Positions 20,400 through 32,511 of a stretch of 58,366 nt of DNA are shown here, piece after piece. The notes beneath the pieces are model-generated. The model was not told the DNA's origin. It made no database searches and saw only the letters and a program-made list of their open reading frames with translations. Both the position numbers and the translations under genes were made by a program. The stretch is from Candidatus Eiseniibacteriota bacterium. Lineage in GTDB: Bacteria > Eisenbacteria > RBG-16-71-46. Where the stretch lies: NCBI GenBank assembly GCA_038231135.1, contig JBBRLX010000029.1, positions 1 through 58,366 of the forward strand, given 5' to 3'. The first letter of the stretch is position 1; every line of letters starts with the position of its first letter.

Positions 20400-21044
20400 G
20401 TGAGTGCGTACTATAGTGCCATCCGGTTTCTGGCCAATGCCATGTTCGGCACGGTCGCGGGCCGCAGCCTGTCCGGAATGGATCGCATTCCCCGGACGGG
20501 CGGCCTGATCGTCGCCTCGAATCATATTTCGTTCTGGGATCCACCGATGATCGGGTCCGCGCTTCCTCGCGAGATGCACTTCCTCGCGAAGGAGGAGCTG
20601 TTCTCGACTCCGGTCCTGGGACCTGCCATCCGGGGACTCCACTCCATCCCCATCCGTCGCGGCGCGGCGGACTTGAGCGGACTGTCGCGCGCCATCGACG
20701 TGCTGAAGCGCGGGGGCGCGCTGTTGATGTTTCCGGAGGGCGGGCGCATGCGCGATGGCGCGCTGCACCCGGCGCGTCCGGGGGTCGGCATGATGGCGGT
20801 GAACGCCGGCGTGCCGGTGATTCCATGTTACATCTCGGGCAGCAACCGGCCCGCACAGTGGTGGTACCATGGCGTGCCGGTCCGGCTGTCGTTCGGACGG
20901 GCGCGGGCCTGGCGGGATCTCGCCGGGGACGGTGACATGACGCCGGGTCGCGCGCTCTACCAGCGCGTCGGCGAGGCGGTGATGCGCGAGATCGCGGCGC
21001 TCAAGAGCGATCAGGAACATCCGGCTTCACGCGGGGCGGCCTAA
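20400..21044 (+). CDS. plsC: 1-acyl-sn-glycerol-3-phosphate acyltransferase
   Basis: NHISFWD, LAKEELF, FPEG; cmk-plsC-rpsA context; GGAG before GTG 20400. Confidence 0.88.
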   Translation: MSAYYSAIRFLANAMFGTVAGRSLSGMDRIPRTGGLIVASNHISFWDPPMIGSALPREMHFLAKEELFSTPVLGPAIRGLHSIPIRRGAADLSGLSRAIDVLKRGGALLMFPEGGRMRDGALHPARPGVGMMAVNAGVPVIPCYISGSNRPAQWWYHGVPVRLSFGRARAWRDLAGDGDMTPGRALYQRVGEAVMREIAALKSDQEHPASRGAA

Positions 21045-21083
21045 CCGCCCCTATCTTCATACTTACGAGGAGGCAGTCCCCAC

Positions 21084-22889
21084 ATGCTGGAAACCACAGA
21101 AGCGACCCTCAACCCCGTGGCGGAGATTCCGCAGCGGGCCACGTTCGTCCCGCCCGTCCCGCTGAACGCGGAAGAGGACGACGAGTTCACCCCCGAACAG
21201 CGTGCCGAGATGTTCGGCCAGTACGAAGAATCGCTCCGCTCGATCGGCGAGGGCGAGATCGTACGGGGCACCGTGCTGGCGATCGACGATAAGGAAGTGC
21301 TCGTCGACGTCGGCTTCAAGAGCGAAGGCGTCATCCCGCTCTCGGAATTCTCGGACCCGACCAGCATCAAGGTCGGCGATGTGCTGGACGTATTCCTCGA
21401 GAAGATGGAGAACCAGGACGGCCTGGTCGTGCTGTCGAAGCAGCGCGCCGACTTCGTCCGGGTGTGGGATCGCGTGAAGGAAGCGCACGACTCGGGCCAG
21501 GTGGTCGAGGGCAAGCTGGTGCGCAAGATCAAGGGCGGCGTGGTGGTGGACCTCTACGGAGTCGAGGCATTCCTCCCCGGGTCCCAGATCGCGCTGCGCC
21601 AGGTGCAGAACGTCGACGCCCTGCTCGGCCAGAACGTGTCCGTCAAGATCATCAAGCTCAACAAGCGCCGCCGCAACATCGTGGTGTCGCGCCGCGCCGT
21701 TCTCGAGCAGGAGCGCGACCGCATGAAGGCGACGATCCTCAAGGATCTCGCCAAGGACCAGATCCGCGAGGGCCAGGTCAAGAACATCACCGACTTCGGC
21801 GCGTTCGTGGATCTCGGCGGCATCGACGGCCTGCTGCACATCACCGACATGTCGTGGGGGCGCGTGGCGCACCCGTCCGAGCTGGTCAAGATCGGCGACA
21901 AGGTGCGCGTGAAGGTGCTGAACTTCGATCCCGAGAAGGAGCGGATCTCGCTCGGCTTGAAGCAGCTCGAGCCGTATCCGTGGGCCGGCGTCGAGGACAA
22001 GTACAAGGTCGGCGACCGCGTCAACGGACGCGTGGTGTCGATCACCGACTACGGCGCGTTCATCGAGCTCGAGAAGGGCGTCGAGGGCCTGATCCACGTG
22101 AGCGAGATGTCGTGGACGCGCCACGTCCGGCATCCATCCAAGGTCGTGAACATCGGCGACACCATCGAGGCGGTGGTGCTCAAGGTGGACGCCGCGAACG
22201 AGAAGATCTCGCTGGGCCTGAAGCAGGTCGAGCCGGATCCGTGGCTGACGCTCGACCACAAGTATCCGACCGGCATGAAGGTCAAGGGCAAGGTGCGCAA
22301 CCTCACCAACTTCGGCGCGTTCGTCGAGCTGGAAGAGGGCATCGACGGCCTGGTGCACGTGTCCGACATGTCGTGGACCAAGCGCGTCGCGCATCCCAGC
22401 GAAGTGCTCAAGAAGAACGATGTCGTCGAGGTCGTGATCCTGTCGATCGACAAGGAGCACCGGCGCATCAGCCTGGGGTTGAAGCAGGTGAGCGACGATC
22501 CGTGGCCGTTGCTGGCGGACCGGTTCCCGTCGGGCATGAAGGTGTCGGGCGCGATCAACCGGCTGTTCGATCGCGGTGCGATCGTGGACGTGGGCGAGGG
22601 GATCGAAGGCTTCGTGCCGCTGTCGCAGCTCGGCATCGACGATCTCAAGCGTCCGAACGACGCGTTCGAGACCGGCGAGGAACTGACGATGAAGGTGACG
22701 CGCGTGGACGTGCCGAATCACCGGCTGATCCTGAGCGTCAAGGCGTGGCTCGCCGAGCAGGACGACATCGCGCTCGCCGAGTGGACGTCGAAGCGCAATC
22801 AGGTGCGCGCCAACATCGCCGCGAATCCGCCGGTCGAGGAACCGCAGCCGAAGGTGAAGGTGAAGGAGGATCTGCCCGAGGACGAGTAG
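21084..22889 (+). CDS. rpsA: 30S ribosomal protein S1
   Basis: Six S1 repeats (DFGAFVDLGGIDGLLHITDMSW...RISLGLKQ). Confidence 0.98.
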   Translation: MLETTEATLNPVAEIPQRATFVPPVPLNAEEDDEFTPEQRAEMFGQYEESLRSIGEGEIVRGTVLAIDDKEVLVDVGFKSEGVIPLSEFSDPTSIKVGDVLDVFLEKMENQDGLVVLSKQRADFVRVWDRVKEAHDSGQVVEGKLVRKIKGGVVVDLYGVEAFLPGSQIALRQVQNVDALLGQNVSVKIIKLNKRRRNIVVSRRAVLEQERDRMKATILKDLAKDQIREGQVKNITDFGAFVDLGGIDGLLHITDMSWGRVAHPSELVKIGDKVRVKVLNFDPEKERISLGLKQLEPYPWAGVEDKYKVGDRVNGRVVSITDYGAFIELEKGVEGLIHVSEMSWTRHVRHPSKVVNIGDTIEAVVLKVDAANEKISLGLKQVEPDPWLTLDHKYPTGMKVKGKVRNLTNFGAFVELEEGIDGLVHVSDMSWTKRVAHPSEVLKKNDVVEVVILSIDKEHRRISLGLKQVSDDPWPLLADRFPSGMKVSGAINRLFDRGAIVDVGEGIEGFVPLSQLGIDDLKRPNDAFETGEELTMKVTRVDVPNHRLILSVKAWLAEQDDIALAEWTSKRNQVRANIAANPPVEEPQPKVKVKEDLPEDE

Positions 22890-22919
22890 GCCTCACGTCC
22901 CGCGGGGCAAATTCGCGAG

Positions 22920-22953
22920 CGCCGGAGCGGCCATCGACCGCTCCGGCGTTTTC
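22920..22953 (+). terminator. intrinsic terminator after rpsA
   Basis: cgccggagcgg / ccgctccggcg 11-bp stem followed by TTTT. Confidence 0.7.
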
Positions 22954-22994
22954 GCTTCCGCGCCGGACGGGCCCGCCGTATCGTGCACGGCTCC

Positions 22995-23863
22995 ATGATG
23001 ATCGCTCCCCGGTACCAATTCCTCGCGGCGCTGCTGCCGCTGCTGGTCGGGTGCGGCACCGCGGCCGCGGCGCCGGGACTCGATGCGCTCGTGCGCCGGC
23101 TGCCCGCGGACAGCCTGGTGATGCCGCTGCGCCGCTACGAGAACGAGGCGGCGCGGCCGGCCGACGCGGCCGCGGCCGCGGTCCTGCTCGGCCGGCTGCA
23201 CTATGCTCGCGGTGACTACCGGCCCGCCGCCGAGGCGTTCTCGCGGGCCGCGGCGCGACTCGAGCCGGCGCGCAAGGGCACGGCGCGCTACTGGGCCGCG
23301 ATGAGCTGGCTGGCACTCGGCGTGTCCGCCCAGGCGCGGGCGGGGTTCGAGGAGCTGGCGCAGGACGATTCGTCGCTGCGCACCGAGGCCCGGTTCGGCG
23401 CCGCGCTCGCGTGGGAGCTGTCCCGCAACCCCGACCGCGCGTTCGAGATCCTGGAGCCGCTGGCGCGCGAGGCGCGCGGCGAGATCGCGCCGGCCGTGCT
23501 GGAACGCACGATGGCGCTCGCCGACCGGTTTCAGCGCGGCGACGTCGCCGCGGCGGCGCGCAGCCGGCTGTTCAAGGAATTCCCCCGCAGCATCGAGGCC
23601 GCGCGGGCGGGGCTGTTGCCGCCGAGGAGCATCACCGCCATGGTCGAGCTGGGGCCGTTCACGAACGAGCCACGCTCGCACGCCGCCGCGGACGCGGCGC
23701 GGGGCGAAGGCTTCACCCGCGTGCAGCCGCTGGTCCGCGACGCGGGCGGCGCACGGACGTTCGTGGTGCGGCTCGAGGGATTCGCGAACGCAGCCGAGGC
23801 GCAGCGCGCGGCGGACCGGCTGCGGCGCAACCTGGGCGTGCCGGCCCGCGTGGTCACGGAGCC

Positions 23864-23867
<4 letters not shown>
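22995..23867 (+). CDS. TPR + SPOR-domain lipoprotein
   Basis: Lipobox LVGC; TPR-like helices; C-terminal VELGPF...FVVRLEGFANAAEAQRAADRL. Confidence 0.75.
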
Positions 23868-26643
<2,776 letters not shown>

Positions 26644-26644
<1 letters not shown>

Positions 26645-26763
26645 GGCTGCTGAACAAGCATCCGATGGCTGCGTGGGCTCGTCGCTCCTCCCTGCGACGT
26701 ATCCTACGATACGTATCGGTCGTCGCTCCTCGCCGCCTTGCACTCGGCCGTTTTCAGCAGCCT
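26644..26763. repeat. hairpin repeat element, copy 2 (MITE/REP-like)
   Basis: Terminal IR aggctgctgaa / ttcagcagcct; shares core with 10655-10782; fills the gap between two convergent stop codons. Confidence 0.8.
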
Positions 26764-26764
26764 G

Positions 26765-27358
26765 CTATCGCGTTCCGGCGGGTTCGGGATCGGCGGCAAC
26801 GACCACGCGCGTGATCTGCAGCAGCGCCGCCGCGGCGGGTGACTTGCGTCCCCGCGCCCTGGGTGGGGCGTCCGGCATCTGCACGCGATACGCCAGCAGG
26901 CGCCGCCAGTGCGCGGGCCGGTACTGCTGGATCCAGGCCTCGAGTGCTTCCGCGTCCTTGAACCAGGCGCGCATGTCGCTGAGCGGATAACGCCGCTCGC
27001 AGGAGCGGGGATCGTAGTCCCGGCACAGCACGGGATGGCGGCCGTAGATCCCGCAGCGGCCGTCGGCGCCGAGCTGGCGGCAGCGCGTCGGGATGTAGAC
27101 GAACCACCGCTCGGGTCGTTCCACGTACATCTCGAGGCCCTGGTGGTGGAGCATCCAGATCCACTGGTCGTATTCCCATGCCTGGCGCGGCGCATCGACC
27201 TCGATCGTCACGTAGGTGCAGCACGTCACGCACCCCGCGCACAGGTCGGCGTTCTCCGCCGCGCTCAGCTCGCGCGATTCGCGGGCGTCGGACGCCGGGG
27301 GTTCCACCACAGCCTGCATGCCGGGCGGCGTGCCCGTCCCGTTCGCGCGCCGGCTCAT
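26765..27358 (-). CDS. YkgJ-family cysteine-cluster (CxxCxxCC) protein
   Basis: CAGCVTCC...CRQL..DGRCGIYGRHPVLCRDY. Confidence 0.85.
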   Translation of the reverse strand: MSRRANGTGTPPGMQAVVEPPASDARESRELSAAENADLCAGCVTCCTYVTIEVDAPRQAWEYDQWIWMLHHQGLEMYVERPERWFVYIPTRCRQLGADGRCGIYGRHPVLCRDYDPRSCERRYPLSDMRAWFKDAEALEAWIQQYRPAHWRRLLAYRVQMPDAPPRARGRKSPAAAALLQITRVVVAADPEPAGTR

Positions 27359-28218
27359 CGGTTCGCCGCCGCCAGGCGCGCGTAGCGCGCCAGCTCGGGA
27401 TCGGGCGTGGCGCGGGCGAAGCGGCCGGCGGCCGCCTGCAACTCCGGCGCGGGCGCGCCGGCCGCGGCGTCGAGCGCGAGCCAGGCCACGCGTCCGGGCT
27501 GCGGCGAACCGGCGGCGCGATCGAGCACGGCGGCCAGCGTCTCGGCCGCGGCCGGCGCGCGGCCGAACGTGAGCGGCGCGTTCCACAGCGCGCGCGCGGC
27601 CTCGGCGCGCACGCGCTCGACCGGCTCGCCGAGGCACTCGAACAGCCGCACGCGCAGACTGTCGCGCACCGGGCTCGCGGCGAACCGCGACGGCCGTGTC
27701 ACCGACGCGTGCTCGATGTCCGACACCACCACATTGAGGCCCAGCGCCACCACCGCCTGTTCGCGCACCATGGGATCGCGGTCGCGGCTCAGCGTCACGA
27801 TCCGGGCGACGGTGCCCGGGGTGTGGTAGCTCCAGCGCAGGATCGCGCGCAGCCGCTCGCGCACAGTAACCGGGGCGGGCTCGGCCGACGGCGGCGGGGC
27901 CTGGGTGTGGAGCAGGAACGGCATCACGCCCAGTTCCAGCAGGAACCAGCCGGACACGAGCCGCTGCGGCAGGTTCACCGCGCGCGGCAGCGTCACGAGT
28001 GTCGCGATCGCCGCGCCCCACATCGGCAGCTTGAGCCAGCCGCCCGTGGCCAGCCAGTCACGGTACGCCGCGGTGGCGCCGGCGGGCGCGCCCAGGCGCT
28101 CCGCGGCCGCGAGCGTCCAGCCGGCCACGGTGGCGGCGAACAGCGAGCTCACGAACCCTAAGGCGAGTGCTGCGAACAGTCGCGGGCCGTACCCGCCCTC
28201 GCGGAACAGCCGTCTCAC
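27355..28218 (-). CDS. membrane protein with HEAT-like repeats
   Basis: N-terminal TM segments; DRDPMVREQAVVALG and EPVERVRAEAARALW repeats; GTGA overlap start. Confidence 0.65.
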   Translation of the reverse strand: MRRLFREGGYGPRLFAALALGFVSSLFAATVAGWTLAAAERLGAPAGATAAYRDWLATGGWLKLPMWGAAIATLVTLPRAVNLPQRLVSGWFLLELGVMPFLLHTQAPPPSAEPAPVTVRERLRAILRWSYHTPGTVARIVTLSRDRDPMVREQAVVALGLNVVVSDIEHASVTRPSRFAASPVRDSLRVRLFECLGEPVERVRAEAARALWNAPLTFGRAPAAAETLAAVLDRAAGSPQPGRVAWLALDAAAGAPAPELQAAAGRFARATPDPELARYARLAAANR

Positions 28219-28556
28219 GTGCCGGCCGAAATGGACTTCCACGCCATGCCGACGAGTGCCAGCACCACCGACGCGATCAGCATCGTGCCGAACCCGTGCA
28301 CTTCGAACCCCGGCACCAGCTTCGCCGTGAGCCACACCATCAGCGCGTTCAGCACCAGCAGGAACAGCCCGAGCGTCAGGATCGTGAGCGGGAGGGTGAG
28401 CACGAACAGGATCGGCTTCACGATGGTGTTGGCGAGTGCCAGCACCATCGACGCGATCAGCGCCGGCCCCCAGCCGTTCACATGGAAGCCGGGCAGGATG
28501 CGGGACAGCCCGAGCATCGCCGCCGCCATCACCACGAAATACAGCAGATAGCCCAT
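28215..28556 (-). CDS. YvlD-like 4-TM membrane protein (phage holin family 4-2)
   Basis: NTIVKPILFVLTLPLTILTLGLFLLVLNA; GGAGG RBS. Confidence 0.88.
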   Translation of the reverse strand: MGYLLYFVVMAAAMLGLSRILPGFHVNGWGPALIASMVLALANTIVKPILFVLTLPLTILTLGLFLLVLNALMVWLTAKLVPGFEVHGFGTMLIASVVLALVGMAWKSISAGT

Positions 28557-28626
28557 GGGGATCCTCCGGAGGAAGCGTGTGTGACGGTGTCCGTATGCAG
28601 ATATACACCGTTCGAGGATCTGACGG

Positions 28627-30498
28627 CTAGTGCCGGGCGGTCTCCGGCAGCACGCCCTCGAGCACGTCGAGGCAGTTCTCGTAGCGCCCGAACGACGGCA
28701 TCAGGTAGACGCCGTTCGCGAGCGTGCGGCACTCGGCGAGCAGCTCGCGCGCGAGCTCCACGCCCACGCGCTGGCCCTCGTTGCCGGCGGCGTGCATGCG
28801 TGCGCGAATCGCGTCCGGTACGTGGATGCCGGGCACCTCGTTGTGCAGGAACTCGGCGTGCCGGAACGACTGCAGCGGCAGGATGCCGATCAGGATCGGG
28901 ATGTTCGTGATGCCGGCCAGCCGCTCGATGTAGCGCTTCCAGCAATCGAGCTCGTACACCGGCTGGGTCATGACGAATTGCGGCCCGGCTTCGAGCTTGC
29001 GCTTCACGCGCTCGAACTCCTGCTCCAGGTCCTCGGCGGTCGGGTTCACGCCGCAGCCGATCGCGAACTTCGTCAGGGCGCCGATCGAGGTGCCCGCGAG
29101 GTCGGTGCCGCGGTTCATGGTGTGCACGATCTTGATCAGCCCGACGGCGTCGGTGTCGTACACCGCGGTCGCGTTGGGATAATCGCCGAGGCTCGGCGGG
29201 TCGCCGGTGAGGCACAGGATGTTGCGCAACCCGAGCGCGTGGGCGCCGAGCAGATCGCTCTGCAGGCCCATGAGGTTCCGGTCCCGCGTCGTGAAGTGCA
29301 GGATGATCTCGAGTTGCGGGAACTGCGCGCGGATCAGGTAGGCGAGCGCCATGTTCGACATGCGGATCCGCGCCAGCGGCGAGTCGGCGATGTTGATCGC
29401 GTCGACACCGCGCCGCGCCATCATGCGGGCGGCCTCCATGACCTTCGTGGTGTTGATGCCGCGCGGCGGATCGATCTCGACGCTGACGACGAACCGCTCC
29501 CGCATCTTCTTGAGGAACGACGGCACCTCGCCGTCCGTCGTCAGCTCCACCGGCAGCGGTTCGCGCTCGAGCACGCGCACCTCGGCGCCCGGCGCGAGCT
29601 TCTCGGCGGGCAGCCGCGACGCGATGCGCGCGCGCATCGCCTCGATGTGCGCCGGCGTGGTGCCGCAGCAGCCGCCGACGATCCGCACGCCGAGATCGAT
29701 GGCGCGGGCGGCGAACTCGCCGAAGTATTCGGGACTCGCGAGGTACACGAACCGGCCGTCGACGAACTGCGGCAGCCCGGCGTTCGGCATCGCCGACACC
29801 GGAGTGTCCCCCGCCGCCTGTACGACCTCCTCCAGCACCTCGAGCGTGGGTTGCGGGCCGACGCCGCAATTCACGCCGACCACGTCGGCCCGGGCCTGCT
29901 TGAGCGCCCGCACCACGAGCGTCGGGGTGTGGCCGTACAGCGTCTTGCCGTCGAGACCGAACGTCATCTGCGCCACCACCGGCAGGTCGGCGGACACGCG
30001 CCGCACCGCGCGCAGCGCGGCGAGAATCTCGTTCAGGTCCTGGAACGTCTCGAGCACGATACAGTCGCAGCCGCCTTCGAGCAGGCCCTCGGCGGTCTCG
30101 GTGAACGCCTGTTCGGCATCCGCGACGGTGATGTGGCCGAACGGCTGGAGCGGCTTGCCGAGCGGTCCGATCGAGCCGGCCACGAACGCGTCGACGCCGG
30201 CGATCTCGCGCGCGGCGCGGGCGATCTTGACCCCCTGACGCGAAATGACACGGGCGCGGTCGTCCAGTCCGTGTGCGGCGAGTCGCACCGCGTTGGCGCC
30301 GAACGTGTTCGTCTCGATCCACTCGGCGCCGGCGGCGAGATAGGCGCGATGGATGGCCTCGATCGTGTCCGCTTCCGTCAGATTCAGTTCGTCGAAGCAG
30401 CGGTCGAACGCGACGCCGCGCTGGAACAGCAGGGTGCCCATCGCGCCATCGGCGAGCAGCGGAGCGCGGGAAAGTCGGTCGAGGAACGGGTTGGCCAT
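28627..30498 (-). CDS. yitJ: bifunctional homocysteine S-methyltransferase / methylenetetrahydrofolate reductase
   Basis: DGAMGT, TNTFGAN, GVNC, GGCCGTTP; MTHFR half SVEIDPPRG, RDRNLMGLQSDLLG, TGDPP. Confidence 0.93.
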   Translation of the reverse strand: MANPFLDRLSRAPLLADGAMGTLLFQRGVAFDRCFDELNLTEADTIEAIHRAYLAAGAEWIETNTFGANAVRLAAHGLDDRARVISRQGVKIARAAREIAGVDAFVAGSIGPLGKPLQPFGHITVADAEQAFTETAEGLLEGGCDCIVLETFQDLNEILAALRAVRRVSADLPVVAQMTFGLDGKTLYGHTPTLVVRALKQARADVVGVNCGVGPQPTLEVLEEVVQAAGDTPVSAMPNAGLPQFVDGRFVYLASPEYFGEFAARAIDLGVRIVGGCCGTTPAHIEAMRARIASRLPAEKLAPGAEVRVLEREPLPVELTTDGEVPSFLKKMRERFVVSVEIDPPRGINTTKVMEAARMMARRGVDAINIADSPLARIRMSNMALAYLIRAQFPQLEIILHFTTRDRNLMGLQSDLLGAHALGLRNILCLTGDPPSLGDYPNATAVYDTDAVGLIKIVHTMNRGTDLAGTSIGALTKFAIGCGVNPTAEDLEQEFERVKRKLEAGPQFVMTQPVYELDCWKRYIERLAGITNIPILIGILPLQSFRHAEFLHNEVPGIHVPDAIRARMHAAGNEGQRVGVELARELLAECRTLANGVYLMPSFGRYENCLDVLEGVLPETARH

Positions 30499-30507
30499 GG
30501 GGCGGAA

Positions 30508-30611
30508 ACACTACGGTGTTCGCCGCGTCCGTTCAACCGGTGCGCCCCACGTCACGGAACCGCAAGGAACCGGCGGCAACCGTTGTCATCGCCTGGGCGC
30601 CCTTCTATAGT
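30508..30611. promoter_or_regulatory. divergent sigma70 promoters, both probably leaderless
   Basis: Minus: TTGAAC-17-TAGTGT, 9 nt before ATG 30498. Plus: TTGTCA-17-TATAGT, 8 nt before GTG 30620. No SD on either side. Confidence 0.6.
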
Positions 30612-30619
30612 CCGCGATC

Positions 30620-32491
30620 GTGATCACGCTCCGCTCGGTCCCGTCCCGCGTCGCCGCGCTGTTCGTCGTGATGTCCGCGGCCCCGTTCGGGGCCACGGCG
30701 GCGCCCGTACGGGCCGCGCCGGCGACGCGCCCGGTCGAGACGTGGCCGGTCGACAGCGTGAGGGCCGGCCAGCAGGCCATCGTGCGCACGGTGTTCCAGG
30801 GCTCGACGGTCGAGGCGTTCGACGCCGAGATCCTCGGCGTGATCCACAACGGCCACGCGGACGGTGATCTCATCGTCGCGCGCGCGACGTCCGAGCGGGT
30901 CGTGCGCACCGGCATCGCCCAGGGCATGAGCGGCTCCCCGGTCTACGTCGGAGGCCGGCTGATCGGGGCGCTGTCGTCCGGCTGGCAGTTCTCCAAGGAA
31001 CCGCTGTTCGGCATCACGCCGATCGGCGAGATGCTCGACATCGTGCACCGCACCCCCGTGTCGCCATCGGGGCCGAGCTCGGGGCCGAGCGGCGCCGAGG
31101 CCACGGCGATGATCGCCCTGACCGGACCGCCGCCGGTGTTCGGCGTGTTCCGCTGGGACGACGACGCGCCGGTGGCGTCGGTGGCGGACGCCGCGAGCGC
31201 GGTCCCCCCGACGGGACTGACGCCGCTGGGGGTGCCGCTCGCCTGCGACGGCCTTGCACCGGCGGCGTTCGAGTTCGCGCGCCAGCGGCTCGCGCCGCTG
31301 CAGCTCTCGGCCGTGCCCGGCGGCCGTGCCGCCGGCGGCGGCCCCACGGCCGCCTCGCTCGAGGCCGGCTCGGCCGTGGCCGTCGACCTGATGCGCGGCG
31401 ACCTCCAGTTCTCGGCGATCGGCACCGCGACGTGGGTTGAGGGCGGCAAGGTGCTGGCGTTCGGGCATCCGTTCTTCCAGTCGGGCGACGTCCGTCTGCC
31501 GCTCGCGACCGCCGAGATCGCGACGATCGTCCCGTCGACGGCGATCTCGTTCAAGCTCGGTATGCGCGGCCGTACGATCGGCGCGATCCAGCAGGATCGC
31601 CGCGCGGGCATCGCCGGCACGATCGGCGCGTCGCCGCACATGCTGCCGCTGTCGATCGCGATCCACGGCGACGGCCCGCCGCAGTCGTTCCACTTCGAGA
31701 CCCTCGAAGATCGCAACCTGGCGCCGGTGCTGGTGTCGGTGGCGGCGCTCAACAGCATCATGCAGTCGGGGGGCGGCGGCACGAACCAGACGCTGCGCTG
31801 GACGCTGACGTTGCACCGCCATGGAATGGCCGCGCTGGCGCTCCACGACATCGTGGCCGGCGAATCGCCGCCTTCGGAGCTGGCCAACGCGGTGCTCGCG
31901 CCGATCCGGTTCCTGATGGGGAATCCCTACGCCCCGCTGACGCTCGACAGCCTCGCGATCGCGATCGACTCGGCGCCGGGCCGCGCGCAGTGGACGCTCC
32001 GCAACGCGCGCGTGCTCGACGCCCAGGTGCGTCCCGGCGGGCGGGTGCGCGTGGCGTGTGACCTCGAGCGCTGGCGCGGGGGCCGCGAGACCCGCGTGTT
32101 CTCGGTCGAGGTCCCCGAGGAACTGCCGGAGGGCCGCTACGCGCTGTGGATCGGCGGCGGCCAGGAGCTGATGCGCTACGAAGCCCAGCGGCTGCCCGGC
32201 CGGTACCGGCCGGTGTCGCTCGACGACGCGTGGCGGAGGCTGCGCGACGTGCGCCCGGCGGACGCGCTGTATGTCGCGCTGTTCGCGCGCGCCCCCGAGG
32301 TGACGACGCACGGCCGCGACTATCCGGAGCTGCCGGAATCGGCGCTGCCGCTGCTGGCGAGCGAAACCAGCAGCGGCGACGCGAGCCGTCGCGGCGAACT
32401 GGCGAAATTCGACGAACAGCGCTATGCGCTCGGCGGCCTCGTTCACGGCGAGCTCGTGCTGCCGGTCGACGTGGACGCCCAGGCGCCCTGA
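30620..32491 (+). CDS. secreted SpoIVB-like peptidase (S55 domain) protein
   Basis: Signal peptide; GIAQGMSGSPVYVGGRLIGA; AFGHPF; QDRRAGI. Confidence 0.85.
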   Translation: MITLRSVPSRVAALFVVMSAAPFGATAAPVRAAPATRPVETWPVDSVRAGQQAIVRTVFQGSTVEAFDAEILGVIHNGHADGDLIVARATSERVVRTGIAQGMSGSPVYVGGRLIGALSSGWQFSKEPLFGITPIGEMLDIVHRTPVSPSGPSSGPSGAEATAMIALTGPPPVFGVFRWDDDAPVASVADAASAVPPTGLTPLGVPLACDGLAPAAFEFARQRLAPLQLSAVPGGRAAGGGPTAASLEAGSAVAVDLMRGDLQFSAIGTATWVEGGKVLAFGHPFFQSGDVRLPLATAEIATIVPSTAISFKLGMRGRTIGAIQQDRRAGIAGTIGASPHMLPLSIAIHGDGPPQSFHFETLEDRNLAPVLVSVAALNSIMQSGGGGTNQTLRWTLTLHRHGMAALALHDIVAGESPPSELANAVLAPIRFLMGNPYAPLTLDSLAIAIDSAPGRAQWTLRNARVLDAQVRPGGRVRVACDLERWRGGRETRVFSVEVPEELPEGRYALWIGGGQELMRYEAQRLPGRYRPVSLDDAWRRLRDVRPADALYVALFARAPEVTTHGRDYPELPESALPLLASETSSGDASRRGELAKFDEQRYALGGLVHGELVLPVDVDAQAP

Positions 32492-32511
32492 TCTACCAAG
32501 GAGGGCCGACC

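Noticed and set aside
28215..28556. Prophage suggested by the holin-family gene
   Set aside because: No endolysin, integrase or structural genes; the YvlD-like family is commonly chromosomal
30499..30619. SAM riboswitch upstream of yitJ
   Set aside because: No S-box motifs, and the promoter sits 9 nt from the ATG
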